Positions 21,637 through 32,232 are shown, counted from the first letter of the stretch. The stretch is 64,000 bases of DNA from Bradymonadia bacterium (GCA_046290225.1 JBKAGE010000037.1:320001-384000), one strand, 5' to 3'. The notes: generated by a model not told the origin, from the letters alone. Program-made: numbers and translations.

Positions 21637-23097
21637 ATGGCGGATCACGCAGACATTGGATCTCTGGGCTCTCTCGGCGACGTGAGCCGACTGCTCGGCG
21701 GACGATATGTGCTGGAGTCGCGCATCGGCAGCGGGGGCCACGGTGACGTCTATTTGTCACATCAGCCTGTGGTGGACCGCCCGGTGGCCATCAAGCTGAT
21801 TCGCCCGCCGAAGCGGGCCGGCTCCGTTAAGAGTTACAGCCGTATGCAGGCCCGCTTTCTGCGAGAAGCCCGCCTGCACGCCAGCATCGGCCACCCTAGC
21901 GTGGTCACCTTGTACGACTTCGGCTCTGAAGACGACGGCACACTCTTCATCGTGATGGAGTACCTCGAAGGTCGCTCCATGTACGAGCACCTCGGCAGCA
22001 TGCCGGTGCGTCATGTGGCCCATGTGTGCGTTCAGGTCCTGGAGGCGCTGCACGCCGCTCATCAACAGGGCTTGATCCATCGAGACATCAAGCCCGAAAA
22101 CATCATGATCCTCGATGCCCCTGACGCTCGGGGCCTGCCCCAGGCACGGCTTCTGGACTTCGGCATCGCCCGTTCGATCACCAACCACGCCGCCCTCACC
22201 CAACAAGGCGAGGTCTTTGGCACCCCCTGGTACATGGCCCCGGAGCAAGCCCTCGGCCTGGACAACCTCGATGGCAAGGTGGATCAGTACGCAGTCGGTG
22301 TCATTTTGTACGAAGCCATCAGCGGACGCCTCCCCTTCGATGGGGACGATCCGCAGCGTGTACTGGATCAGCTCGCCAGCAGAGCTGCACCCAAGCTGCG
22401 CCCAACCCAGGGTGTCCCCAGCGAGCTGGTGAGGCTGGTCAACCGCGCGATGGCCCGCAAGGCCGAGGACCGCTTCGCCTCTGCAGCGGAGATGGCCAAG
22501 GAGATCAAGCGGCTGCCGTGGTTCAGCGCTGGGATCCTGACCTCGACGAGCAGCCTCAAGGTCTTCAAGCGTGAGCAGTTTCCTTCGGACTCTTTCGAAG
22601 GCCTGGGCACCATCGTCGATGCCCACCCCTCGATAGACGACATGGCCCAGGCGGTGAGCCTCACGCCTCCCCCAGATACCCAGCAGGTCGCCTCACCAGC
22701 CTTCAAGGCCTCCCCTGAGGTCTCAGAAGAGGGCAAAGACAGGCATCACCTCGACAGGCAGACAGAGCCGGCTCCGCGCACACAGCGCGCATCACCACAG
22801 GTGACCTTCGAAGAACGGCCTACGATCCAACCGCCGACAAAGAGCCGGCGGTCGACGACGGAGCGGGTCGCCGAGACACCTCGTGCACGCACCAGAGCCC
22901 CCATCCCCTGGCGGGCTCTGGGCGTCGCCGCTGCTGTGCTGGTCTTGTTGCTGACATTTGTATTGATGCCGGATGATCACGCGGTGCCCCAGCCTCGTAC
23001 TGAGAGCACCGACAAGACAGCCCCGGTCGTCATCAAACTCTCAGTAGAGCCCACCTCAGGGCAGCTTCAAGTTGCCCCGGCAAAGCCATCGCGATGA
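21637..23097 (+). CDS. Ser/Thr protein kinase with C-terminal TM helix
   Basis: IGSGGHG, VAIK, HRDIKPEN, DFG, GTPWYMAPEQ. Confidence 0.93.
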   Translation: MADHADIGSLGSLGDVSRLLGGRYVLESRIGSGGHGDVYLSHQPVVDRPVAIKLIRPPKRAGSVKSYSRMQARFLREARLHASIGHPSVVTLYDFGSEDDGTLFIVMEYLEGRSMYEHLGSMPVRHVAHVCVQVLEALHAAHQQGLIHRDIKPENIMILDAPDARGLPQARLLDFGIARSITNHAALTQQGEVFGTPWYMAPEQALGLDNLDGKVDQYAVGVILYEAISGRLPFDGDDPQRVLDQLASRAAPKLRPTQGVPSELVRLVNRAMARKAEDRFASAAEMAKEIKRLPWFSAGILTSTSSLKVFKREQFPSDSFEGLGTIVDAHPSIDDMAQAVSLTPPPDTQQVASPAFKASPEVSEEGKDRHHLDRQTEPAPRTQRASPQVTFEERPTIQPPTKSRRSTTERVAETPRARTRAPIPWRALGVAAAVLVLLLTFVLMPDDHAVPQPRTESTDKTAPVVIKLSVEPTSGQLQVAPAKPSR

Positions 23098-23323
23098 GTT
23101 CCTCACTCGATCAAGGGGCAGACATTTCTTTACACGTGTTGACATCTTTACCGGTATCCCACACACAATAGGGTCATATGCAGGAGCGGTCAGGCAGACA
23201 CCACTCCATGCTGACCAGGGGCCTCTCCCCAGGCCACCTGCCTCAGACCGTCGGCGCGTGACGGGCAGACGCGTCGGCGGTCACTCTCAGAGCCGCTCGG
23301 GCGCCCACCAGACTCGCCCTCCA

Positions 23324-23773
23324 TCAGTGGCCTCCAAAGCCCCAAATCAACACAGCATATCGTGCAACTCGGGTGCCCAGGCCCAGTCCGATCCAGGACC
23401 ACGCAGGCACACGCACAATGCCCGCCACCACCATCAACGGATCACCCACGATGGGCAGCCACGAGCCCACGAGGGCCACAGGGCCCCAACGCTCGCTCCA
23501 CCGAAGTGCCCGCCGCCCGCCTGCACTGGCCTTCAGTCGAGAGACCACAGCAGGGCCCATCCATCGACCGAGCAGATAATCAGTCCCCGCGCCAGCGCAA
23601 TTGCCCACGCTGGCCCACAGCAACACCTCGCCCGAGGATGCGCCCCCAGCGAGGGCCAGGACCACCGCCAGCTCTGAAGAAAAAGGTAGGAGTGTCGCAG
23701 CGATGAAACAGATCGGCGCCAGAGCCCATACACCCTCGGCGAGCCAGGCCCCCCACCACGCCGCGTGCTCCAC
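23324..23773 (-). CDS. YqaA/DedA (VTT domain) membrane protein
   Basis: FIAATLLPFSSE, SVGN..G...YLLGR, WLPIVGDPL..VAG. GTG start inferred. Confidence 0.85.
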   Translation of the reverse strand: MEHAAWWGAWLAEGVWALAPICFIAATLLPFSSELAVVLALAGGASSGEVLLWASVGNCAGAGTDYLLGRWMGPAVVSRLKASAGGRRALRWSERWGPVALVGSWLPIVGDPLMVVAGIVRVPAWSWIGLGLGTRVARYAVLIWGFGGH

Positions 23774-23911
23774 CCCCGTACTCCACGCGTCCACGCGATC
23801 CCTCGATGACCTTCGATCTTCAGAAGGGCATACTCTGCAGAGACGTCGAAGGCCAGAGCCAGTCTGAACCTGGGAACACCCGGAGACCCTCGACACAACT
23901 GAGGAAGACTC

Positions 23912-24364
23912 ATGCACACCCCGCTCATCTCACGCTTTGTTGTTGCGCTGCTCGTCGCGGTGAGCCTGCTGGCATGCTCCAGCAAGCAACGCCCGCAGCC
24001 AGTACCGGAGATCCCATTTCACGAGAGCTTCAAGGGCGAGCGACGCTTGCTGGTGGTCTTCGATGCAGCCCCAGGTGAGGCGCTGGAAGCCCAGCGACAA
24101 CTCATCAAGGCCGAAAAGCCGCGCTGGCGCGATGCCGATCTGCTGCTCCTCGAGGTGGTGGAGGGGCAGCCCATCGTGCTCGCAGGCCAGAAGATGCAGG
24201 TCCCTCAGGGGGCAGATCTACGCACTGCCCTCCATGCCCCCTCCGGGCGCTTTACCGCGGTCCTGGTGGGCCTCGACGGCACCGAGAAGCTCAGAGAAGA
24301 TGCCCCGATCTCCGTAGAGACCCTGATCACCGCAGATCCGCTTGCCCGGCAAGACACCCCGTGA
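23912..24364 (+). CDS. DUF4174 domain lipoprotein
   Basis: Lipobox LLAC, RLLVVF, FTAVLVGLDGTEKLR. Confidence 0.75.
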   Translation: MHTPLISRFVVALLVAVSLLACSSKQRPQPVPEIPFHESFKGERRLLVVFDAAPGEALEAQRQLIKAEKPRWRDADLLLLEVVEGQPIVLAGQKMQVPQGADLRTALHAPSGRFTAVLVGLDGTEKLREDAPISVETLITADPLARQDTP

Positions 24365-24410
24365 CACAACTTCATGGTGTCTCTCACTTTGATCGTGCTC
24401 TGGAGTCTGC

Positions 24411-25004
24411 ATGCGATCTCTCACTGCTCTGTTGCTCCTCGGCCTCTCTGGCTGTGGTGGCACGCCCAAGCAGCAGGTCATCCCCGAGTTCCCTCTGAAG
24501 GCCATGCGCAGCCCTCACGCCCGTGGTGTGAAGCTCTATGTCTCACCGCAAGGCATGGTGGACAAAGTCGCCGTCGCCGTGGCCCGAGAAGCTCTGCCAG
24601 ACTGGACCTTCGCCCTCGCTGATGCACAGCTCGGCGCCGGGACCGACATCGAGTTCGAGATCGAGCAGTACGCCAATGGCGACGAGATCTACGAGATCAC
24701 CCGACTCGTGGAGGGCAAGCCGAAAGAGATCGCGATCCGCGGCACGGATCGCAAAGTGGTGTACTTCGAAGACAAGGGCCTCGATGTCGGCGACTTGCCT
24801 GAGGCAGTGCGCACCGCCCTCGACACCCCACCAGGTGGCCTCGAGGTCATGGGCATTCAACATCAGAGGCGAGCAGACGGCACGGACCGCTACACGATCA
24901 AAGGCCGTCGGCAGGGCGTGCCGGTCTCAGTCACATTCAGCGCCAAAGGGCAGAAGCTCTCAGAGCGGCATGTGCTCCCTGGCGATCTGGCTCTCGATCG
25001 CTGA
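24411..25004 (+). CDS. Hypothetical lipoprotein (PepSY-like)
   Basis: LSGC lipobox, repeated LPxxV...E...YEI pattern. Confidence 0.6.
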   Translation: MRSLTALLLLGLSGCGGTPKQQVIPEFPLKAMRSPHARGVKLYVSPQGMVDKVAVAVAREALPDWTFALADAQLGAGTDIEFEIEQYANGDEIYEITRLVEGKPKEIAIRGTDRKVVYFEDKGLDVGDLPEAVRTALDTPPGGLEVMGIQHQRRADGTDRYTIKGRRQGVPVSVTFSAKGQKLSERHVLPGDLALDR

Positions 25005-25008
25005 CGCC

Positions 25009-25812
25009 TCACCCCCACAACTGGTGAAAGTGATGTACGGGGCCATGTCCGTGGCCCACCTGTAGATCGTCGGCAGACTTGATCGCCCCGCCGAGCCAGC
25101 GTGTGGCCTCGCGGACGGCCTCGGGCAACGCCATCCCGTGGGCCAGCGCCGCGGCGATGGCCGAGGAGAGGCTGCAACCGGTGCCATGGGTGTTTTCGGT
25201 GTGGATTCGAGTGCTGGCGTAACGCGTCACCCCGCCCTCATCGACGAGCAGGTCGACACAGATCTCCCCCGTGAGGTGCCCACCCTTCATCAGGACCGCT
25301 GACGCCCCGAGATCTCTCAACGCCTCGGCGGCCTGGACCATGCTGTCTTCGTCCGCAGGTGCCTGAGCGCCGAGAAGTACACCCGCTTCAGGCAGGTTGG
25401 GGGTGATCACGGTGGCCATGGGCAACAGCCGATGTTTGAGGGTGTCCACAGCTTCGGGCTGCAGCAGATCATCGCCGCTCTTGGCCACCATGACCGGGTC
25501 GAGCACGATCGTACGCACCGCGTGACGCTCCAGAGCCGAGGCCACCACTTCGATGACCTCGGGCTGGCTGAGCATGCCGATCTTCACCGCAGCGATGTCC
25601 AGATCGCTCAACACCGCATCGAGCTGAGCGGTGATGAAGGCCGGTGGCACATCGTGTACCCCAGTCACCGCCTGCGTGTTCTGGGCGGTGAGGGCGGTGA
25701 TGACCGAGGCGCCATACACCTTCATGGCCGAGAACGCTTTGAGATCTGCCTGAATCCCAGCGCCGCCGCTGGGATCAGAGCCGGCGATGGTGAGCACGTT
25801 GGGAATCGTCAT
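25009..25812 (-). CDS. thiD: Hydroxymethylpyrimidine/phosphomethylpyrimidine kinase
   Basis: [36 protein letters not shown]. Confidence 0.96.
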   Translation of the reverse strand: MTIPNVLTIAGSDPSGGAGIQADLKAFSAMKVYGASVITALTAQNTQAVTGVHDVPPAFITAQLDAVLSDLDIAAVKIGMLSQPEVIEVVASALERHAVRTIVLDPVMVAKSGDDLLQPEAVDTLKHRLLPMATVITPNLPEAGVLLGAQAPADEDSMVQAAEALRDLGASAVLMKGGHLTGEICVDLLVDEGGVTRYASTRIHTENTHGTGCSLSSAIAAALAHGMALPEAVREATRWLGGAIKSADDLQVGHGHGPVHHFHQLWG

Positions 25813-26492
25813 GGGTTTGCCTTCTCGCTGGAGGCCCCTGCAGACGCCGAGAGGGCCAGGTCGATGCGCGCCCGGAGCGCGCGCGCTGATTCAGTGACTT
25901 CGCTCAACGCGGTCTTCGGGCCGCCGAAGACCGCAGAGACCACGGCGATGCTGTGCGCTCCGGCCTCGATGACCGAGGTGAGGTTGTGGGCCTTGAGGCC
26001 ACCGATGGCCACGAGGGGCAGGGCCGTGGCCTCAGAGATGGCCGAGACACCCTCGAGGCCCAGCGGAGGTGCGGTGTCTGTCTTGGTGGGGGTACCGAAG
26101 ACCGGGCTCGCTGCCACATAGTCCACTGCAGCGCTCACCGTCTTCAGATCGTCGAGGCGCTCCAGGGACAGCCCGATGATGGCCTCTGTCCCCAGAAGGC
26201 GACGCGCCTCGTCAGGGGGCAGATCTGACTGCCCAAGGTGGACTCCATCGGCGCCGATGGCCCACGCCACGTCTGCCCGGTCGTTCACGATCAGAGGCAC
26301 CCCGGTGCCCTCGAGCGCCGACATCAAAGCGCGACCGTGGGACAACATGCGACCCACATCGCCCTTGTCTCGCAGTTGAACCAGGGTGACGCCACCCTCC
26401 ACTGCAGCGAGGACCACCTGAACCAGATCGCGCTCGCCGAGCAGATCGGGATCAGTGACGAGATACAGGCGCGGATCGAAAGCCGCGCTCAC
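25809..26492 (-). CDS. thiE: Thiamine phosphate synthase
   Basis: LYLVTD, VQLRDK, NDRAD..DGVHLGQSD, TPTK, VAIGG. Confidence 0.96.
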   Translation of the reverse strand: MSAAFDPRLYLVTDPDLLGERDLVQVVLAAVEGGVTLVQLRDKGDVGRMLSHGRALMSALEGTGVPLIVNDRADVAWAIGADGVHLGQSDLPPDEARRLLGTEAIIGLSLERLDDLKTVSAAVDYVAASPVFGTPTKTDTAPPLGLEGVSAISEATALPLVAIGGLKAHNLTSVIEAGAHSIAVVSAVFGGPKTALSEVTESARALRARIDLALSASAGASSEKANP

Positions 26493-27304
26493 TGCAGCTT
26501 CACGCCATGCAGGGTGGCCTCTTCGTCGAGGGTGTACAGGCTGTCGAGCAAGTGCGCCTTGAAGGTGCCCGGCCCCTGGCCCTTCTGAGCGGCGATCTCC
26601 CCGGCGAGGCCGTACACGGCGAAGGCGCTGGTGACGGCCTTGAGCGCATCGGACTCCACGGCAAGGAAAGCCCCGAGCACGCCACTCAGAGAGCAGCCCA
26701 TGGCAGTGACTCGGGTGAAGAGCACGTGGCCGTTGTGCACCTGGGCCACCCGCTCACCATCCGTGATGACGTCCACCTCACCGCTCACGGCGACCACGAG
26801 GCCGAGGGTCCTCGCCATGGCCGTGGCCGCGCCGAGGGCCTGGGCCGAGCTGTGGGTGGAATCCACGCCCTTCCCCGAGGCGGCCTCGGCGGTGATGCCC
26901 GCGGCCCCGGCGAGGGCCATGATCTCGGAGGCGTTCCCTCGCACCACCGTCGGCCCGAGACGCAACAATTTCACCGCCACATCGGTGCGGTAGGGCGTAG
27001 CGCCGACCCCCACAGGATCAAGCACCACGGGCGTGCCTTTGGCCCTGGCGGTCTGCATGGAGGCCTCCATGGCTTCGACCCAACGCGGGCTCAGGGTGCC
27101 GATGTTCACCACCAGCGCGCTGGCGATGCCGGCGAAGTCACTGGCCTCTTCCACGGCGTGGATCATCGCTGGCGATGCGCCCACGGCGAGCAGGGCGTTG
27201 GCGCTGATCTGCATGGCAACATAGTTGGTGATGTTGTGTACCAGGGGACCCTGGTCACGGACGGCCTTGAGGGTCTGCCAGACGTCGGCGGGGGTGAAAC
27301 TCAT
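26489..27304 (-). CDS. thiM: Hydroxyethylthiazole kinase
   Basis: PLVHNITNYV, NIGTL, LDPVGVG, RGNASEI, TAMGC. Start MSFTP at 27304. Confidence 0.95.
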   Translation of the reverse strand: MSFTPADVWQTLKAVRDQGPLVHNITNYVAMQISANALLAVGASPAMIHAVEEASDFAGIASALVVNIGTLSPRWVEAMEASMQTARAKGTPVVLDPVGVGATPYRTDVAVKLLRLGPTVVRGNASEIMALAGAAGITAEAASGKGVDSTHSSAQALGAATAMARTLGLVVAVSGEVDVITDGERVAQVHNGHVLFTRVTAMGCSLSGVLGAFLAVESDALKAVTSAFAVYGLAGEIAAQKGQGPGTFKAHLLDSLYTLDEEATLHGVKLQ

Positions 27305-27384
27305 CGAGAAGCTCCGGGCACATGGGGTGGCGCCGGGCAGGGAGGGCCCATGGGCGCACGCATGCACGCCCATGTGCGGTATCG

Positions 27385-27450
27385 ACTCCCTCCGCCGGCA
27401 TCATCCGGTTCAGGTTCGACGGGTCTACTCTCAGCACAGAGCCCCTGAGT
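27385..27450 (-). promoter_or_regulatory. TPP riboswitch (THI box) upstream of thiMED
   Basis: Minus strand ACTCAGGGG..GCTGAGA..ACCCGTCGAACCTGAACCGGATGATGCCGGCGGAGGGAGT matches the TPP consensus, with P1 ACTC/GAGT. Confidence 0.95.
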
Positions 27451-27580
27451 GAGGCCCGGCGCACCCCGGCGATACATGGGCTGGCATTTGGGGCGAGGGC
27501 CGGCGCCCTGTCAAGAGACAGCGAGACGCAGCTGGTACAGCGGTTGCTCTGGTGATGGGCAACCCCCTGACCAGGAGCAC

Positions 27581-28864
27581 ATGATGAACCCCACCACACA
27601 TCTGTCCATTCGAGAGAGCACGTTGTTGATCTGCCCCCGGTGTGGCGCCCGGAACGTCGGCCTCGTCGGTCGAGGCTGCCCCATCTGTCCGAGCGCCATG
27701 GTGGCCTGCCAGGTCGCGAACACATTGTCCGGTGATCCGGATCTCGGCCGTGTGCTCGACGGACAATATGCACTCGTCGACCGGCTCAGCACCGGCGGTC
27801 TGTCGGTGATGTACTGTGGCGTGCGGGTGCCTCAGCACCGGCCCGTGGTGGTGAAGATCGAGCAACGTGTCGAGAGCGAATCACTCAAACAGGCCCTGAG
27901 CCGATGCCTCACCCGTGAGATCGAACTGTTACAGAGCCTTGAGCATCATGCCCTGCCTCGATTGCTCGACGTGTTCTACGACAAAGAGCGCATTTGCATG
28001 GTGGTGGATCACCCCGAAGAGACCACCCTCGAGCATCACCTGCTCGATCTGGGCCCCAGGCTCACCCCACAAGAAGCGCTGCGCATCACCAGCGCACTCC
28101 TGGAGATCGTCGACGGTTTGCACAATTTGGGGCTGGTGCACCGCAACCTCTCCGCCAGCGGGATCAGCATTGGGGGCACCCATGAGAAGCCACGCCTACG
28201 TTTGCTCGACCTGGGACGGGCCTGCTTCAACGATGCCGCCGAGCTGAGCCACACACGGCACGAAACCCTCGTCCAGACTCAGCGCGGGCTGCTTCTGGGC
28301 ACGCTGCAATACTTCTCACCAGAGCAGCTGCTCGGCGAGCGTGGGGATCATCGCGCCGACATCTATGCCATCGGGGTCCTGCTCCACCGCATGCTCACGG
28401 GCGGGTTCCCCTTCAAAGCCAGTGTCAGGCTCTCCGACCTGCAGCATCGGGTCTCGTCACCTCCGCCGAGCCTCCCGAGCCCACTCTCCAGGCATCACCC
28501 CCTCAACGCCCTCGTGATGCAGGCCCTTGCACTCAACCCTGAGGATCGTTTTCAGAGCGCCGCCGAAATGGCTGAAGTCACTGACCGTGTGCTGTCGCGC
28601 CTCACCCACCCCCCGCGGCATGCGCAAGAGACGAACGAAGTGCACATGTCGAAGGTGATGGACCAGCTGCGGGCCCAGGGCATCGAACTGAATGGGCAGG
28701 CAGCACACAGCGAGCAACGCCACACAGACGGCGACGGGATCGCCCAGCTGGTGGCCAGCCTGGACGAGAATACTCAGACCTGCCTTCAGCCCCACCATCA
28801 ACCCCCCCACCAGCCACTAATGAGTCGAGCCATGCGCTGGCTCAACACCCGACTGGGATCTTGA
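27581..28864 (+). CDS. Zn-ribbon + Ser/Thr kinase-like protein (probable pseudokinase)
   Basis: AGGAG RBS, CPRC..CPIC, HRNLSASG, DLG, GTLQYFSPEQ, DIYAIG. Confidence 0.8.
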   Translation: MMNPTTHLSIRESTLLICPRCGARNVGLVGRGCPICPSAMVACQVANTLSGDPDLGRVLDGQYALVDRLSTGGLSVMYCGVRVPQHRPVVVKIEQRVESESLKQALSRCLTREIELLQSLEHHALPRLLDVFYDKERICMVVDHPEETTLEHHLLDLGPRLTPQEALRITSALLEIVDGLHNLGLVHRNLSASGISIGGTHEKPRLRLLDLGRACFNDAAELSHTRHETLVQTQRGLLLGTLQYFSPEQLLGERGDHRADIYAIGVLLHRMLTGGFPFKASVRLSDLQHRVSSPPPSLPSPLSRHHPLNALVMQALALNPEDRFQSAAEMAEVTDRVLSRLTHPPRHAQETNEVHMSKVMDQLRAQGIELNGQAAHSEQRHTDGDGIAQLVASLDENTQTCLQPHHQPPHQPLMSRAMRWLNTRLGS

Positions 28865-28924
28865 ATCTCCCGCGCGGCTCAGGTCCAATGTGCGCCCTCA
28901 CCCACATCACTTCATGAGGGCCTC

Positions 28925-30472
28925 ATGCGTCACTCGCTCTCCATCGCCTTGCTGAGCCTCTGTGGTGCTGTCGCCTGCAATGATGACAGCCCAAAACCCA
29001 CATCGCCCCCACCTGCGCCCGTAGACGAGCTGCTCGACGACGATCCCACTGGGGGGCTGGACGGCAAGACCGACAACACGGCAAGCCGCGCGCGTCGCAT
29101 CCAAGTCCTCGGCCGACTCACACTCGACGCAGGTGAGTGGGTGTCTGTGTCCACGCCAGAGGGCATCGCCACGGCCTACACCTTTCATGCGCCAGCAGGC
29201 ATGACGTTGAGCCTGAGCGCGGAGGGTGCCTCGGCTCTACGTGTCTACGCCCCCCGCCCTGTGGGCAATGACTGGGGCGAGCCCATCTGGGCCCATCTGA
29301 GCGATACCCCTGAAGGGGATCCCGAAGTGCTCGACGTCGTGCTCGACGAGGCGGGCCTCTATGCAGTGGAGGTGGTGCCCGAAGCCGGGCACACGCCAAA
29401 GCTGACCGCGCGCTGCAGCAGCGTGCAATGCACCCGCCCGAGCTGGCCACTCCCCACCGTGGAGGGTGCCCTGTCGCTCACGGCCGTGGGCGATCTGGGC
29501 CTCACGGTGAGCCGCGCGCCGATCGACAGCGAAGGTGGGTACAAATATGGCGAGTTCCATTACTGGCACGAGATGCTTGAGGGCTTCGATCACTTCATCA
29601 ACGCAGATCTCAACCTTGTGAATCTCGAGACCGCAGTGACCACGCGTGGTGAGGCCGCCGAGAAGACCTACACCTTCCGGATGCCCGCTGAAGCCCTGGA
29701 GGCCACTCTGGACGCTGGCTTCAACGTGATGTCCCTGGCGAACAACCACACAGGCGACTACGGCGCCATCGGGGTCGAGGACACCCTGGAGCACTTGAAG
29801 CAAGCCGCAGAGCAGCGCCCTCTGCTGGCGTGGGCAGGTGCGGGGATGACCTTTGACGACGCCGTGGCCCCACGGATCTTCGAGCACGAAGGTGTCACCG
29901 TCGCCCTGAGCAGCATCGGCATCGGCAGAGGGGCTCGATGGAGCGGCGGCGTCGGCGTCGCCCACATCTACGATGATGACGCAGCCATCGAGCGCCTGAT
30001 GGCCGCAGAAGCTGACATCCACATCCTGGCGGTGCACGGGGGCACAGAGCGCAAGCTCGAACCCACTGCGCAGATTCAGGGCATCGCCCACAAGGCCGTC
30101 GACGCTGGCGTCGATCTCGTCTGGGGACACCACCCCCACGTGACTCAGGGCATCGAGCGCCGAGGCGAAGGACTGATCATGTACAGCCTGGGCAACTACG
30201 CTCTTCGTGGCGCCCGAAACATGGGCACCCTCGCCGTCGATCTCGACTACGGCCTTGCGGTCCGGCTGATGTACGACCGCGAAGCGAAGCGCTTTAGCCG
30301 CCTCGAAGCAGCCCCCATCTTCGACATGCACCGCGTGGTGCGCCCATTGCGCACGGTAGAGCGCACCGCCGAGCGGATTCGTCGCCTGAACAATCGCGGC
30401 GAGGCTCTGGGTGAAGGCGGGATGAAGTTCGAGATCGACGAGGCGACGGGGATGGGCTGGGTCGAGCTCTGA
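28925..30472 (+). CDS. CapA-family metallophosphatase lipoprotein
   Basis: AVGD, NLET, SLANNH..DYG, HGG.E, GHHPHV.QG, YSLGN. Confidence 0.88.
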   Translation: MRHSLSIALLSLCGAVACNDDSPKPTSPPPAPVDELLDDDPTGGLDGKTDNTASRARRIQVLGRLTLDAGEWVSVSTPEGIATAYTFHAPAGMTLSLSAEGASALRVYAPRPVGNDWGEPIWAHLSDTPEGDPEVLDVVLDEAGLYAVEVVPEAGHTPKLTARCSSVQCTRPSWPLPTVEGALSLTAVGDLGLTVSRAPIDSEGGYKYGEFHYWHEMLEGFDHFINADLNLVNLETAVTTRGEAAEKTYTFRMPAEALEATLDAGFNVMSLANNHTGDYGAIGVEDTLEHLKQAAEQRPLLAWAGAGMTFDDAVAPRIFEHEGVTVALSSIGIGRGARWSGGVGVAHIYDDDAAIERLMAAEADIHILAVHGGTERKLEPTAQIQGIAHKAVDAGVDLVWGHHPHVTQGIERRGEGLIMYSLGNYALRGARNMGTLAVDLDYGLAVRLMYDREAKRFSRLEAAPIFDMHRVVRPLRTVERTAERIRRLNNRGEALGEGGMKFEIDEATGMGWVEL

Positions 30473-30485
30473 GTCCAGACTGGGC

Positions 30486-31571
30486 TCAGGCCACCTCGAC
30501 GTCGAAGCCCGTCACATAACGCAGCTCCGTGGGATCTCCAGCCTCTTCCCAACGATAACGCGCGTTCCGCAGCACCTCACCCTGCTCGTTGATCGCCAGC
30601 AGCCCGAAGCTCAGATCTGTGTCGTAGCGGCCGTCGATGGTCACCTGGATCACCTCGTCGGCCACGGCGATGCCCCGGCACCAGTTGGGCTCCCGGCCCA
30701 ACGAGGTCTCTTCGAGGCGGATCAGCTTCGAGACCATGTCCCGCAGGTACACTCCGGGGGCCTCGACACGATCGAGCTCCTGGTGGGTGTGGTGCTGGTC
30801 GAGATGTGGCGAGGCGATGATCACCTTGCCATCGATGCTGGTGAAGAAGAAGCGTGACCCGACCTTGCGGCCGTCGTGCAGCAGCGCCGGCGTGCAGAGG
30901 TTCATGAGCTTCAGCCGCGCCGTGCGCTTCACAGGGTCGACCACCACGAAGCAGTTGGCATTGCGGCTGGTGAGCCACAGCTCACCATCGATGCGCTGCA
31001 CATAATTGAAGTGCCAGTACCCCGTGCTCCCCCGAAACTGCTTGCCCACGAAGCGCCAGTCCACGCCTTCGGCCCCGCTGTCGGTGGTGATCGACAAATC
31101 AGAGTGCACGCGGAAGTGTTCGACGACGTTGCCGTCGAGATCGGTGATCACCACCGTGTCACGGGGGGTGAGCACGGTGACCACGTGATCCTCCTCGGCC
31201 CAGATTCCGTGCATGTCGGACATCATCTCGTGGCTGATGATGCCCTCGAGGCTCAAGTCATCGCGGTTGATGACGTACACCCCGTTCCAGCTGCCGGCGT
31301 ACACACGATCACCAGCAACTGAGAGCCCAGTGAGGCCAAAGCGCGGCAAACGCTTGAACGAGGGCTGCTCGGCCCCGGGCTGCGTACCTCGGATCACGTC
31401 ACCGAGCTCGGCGAAGTCTTCCGGCGCCCTGGGGAATGGGTAGCTGTGGGCCACTCGAACATCGCCCTGCACGGACCACAGCGCTGGCCGCGGCCCGTTG
31501 CCCAGGGTGATGTCGAGGTTCTGATAACCGTGGACGAAGCTGACGAGGGTGCGCTGGTCGAGGGGGTGCAT
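30486..31571 (-). CDS. Hypothetical protein, probable beta-propeller
   Basis: Good coding ORF with repeated beta-strand motifs (GLTGL, DMHGI, HFNYV, LHDG, WCRGIA). Confidence 0.6.
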   Translation of the reverse strand: MHPLDQRTLVSFVHGYQNLDITLGNGPRPALWSVQGDVRVAHSYPFPRAPEDFAELGDVIRGTQPGAEQPSFKRLPRFGLTGLSVAGDRVYAGSWNGVYVINRDDLSLEGIISHEMMSDMHGIWAEEDHVVTVLTPRDTVVITDLDGNVVEHFRVHSDLSITTDSGAEGVDWRFVGKQFRGSTGYWHFNYVQRIDGELWLTSRNANCFVVVDPVKRTARLKLMNLCTPALLHDGRKVGSRFFFTSIDGKVIIASPHLDQHHTHQELDRVEAPGVYLRDMVSKLIRLEETSLGREPNWCRGIAVADEVIQVTIDGRYDTDLSFGLLAINEQGEVLRNARYRWEEAGDPTELRYVTGFDVEVA

Positions 31572-31640
31572 GCGATCTCCGAGTGAAGCTCTCGATGATC
31601 ATGCATCGGCAAACGCGCGTGGCCAGTTTATGCGGCATAC

Positions 31641-31935
31641 TCAGCGGCGGCGCTTCCAGTCATCTGGGTGACGCGCCACATGCAATATCGCGAAGACTAC
31701 GATCGCGTTCAGGCTCTGCTCGAGGCTGTAGTAAACCGCATAGGGGAACTTGGACAAGAGCGCGCGGCGAGTGCCGGAGTCGTCGATGGTTGAATACAAC
31801 TCGGGATGCTGTACGACAGTGTTCAGGGTGTGCTCGACCTCTGCTCGGAACTCGTGCACCAACTCTGGCACCTGGCGTTGATACCAGAGGCAGGCAGACA
31901 TCAACTCATTTTCAGCAGGAGGAGCGCCCGCTCAC
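31641..31935 (-). pseudogene. RelE/ParE-family toxin with disrupted 5' end
   Basis: PAENELMSACLWY, RRALLSKFPYAVYY, IVVFAILHVARHP..W. The expected GTG overlapping the antitoxin stop is out of frame. Confidence 0.6.
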
Positions 31936-32171
31936 CCACCACTCAGCTCATCATTGAGGCGTGACCGCACAGCGCTCCAAGCCTTCAACTTCGCGGGCTC
32001 TTTCAGGGCTGCCTTGCGCCTGTCCGAGACCACCTCCAAGTGGCTTTCAAGCACAGGCACCTCTCCAGCATACATGACGACATGGCCCCACAGTCGGTTG
32101 AGGTACCGCAGCTGGCCCTCAACGGTGAGCGACTCGAAGCCGGGGGGCAGTGGCAACTCTGATGCAGACAT
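31932..32171 (-). CDS. Addiction module antitoxin component
   Basis: GAGG RBS, LTVEGQLRYL.RLW..VPV.ESH..V..RR..W..VRSRL pattern, directly upstream of the ParE-like toxin. Confidence 0.75.
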   Translation of the reverse strand: MSASELPLPPGFESLTVEGQLRYLNRLWGHVVMYAGEVPVLESHLEVVSDRRKAALKEPAKLKAWSAVRSRLNDELSGG

Positions 32172-32232
32172 ATCCACCTCACTCTCAGGGGCTCTCGACC
32201 CCAGTCTAACGTCCACCATCAAAATGTGACAA

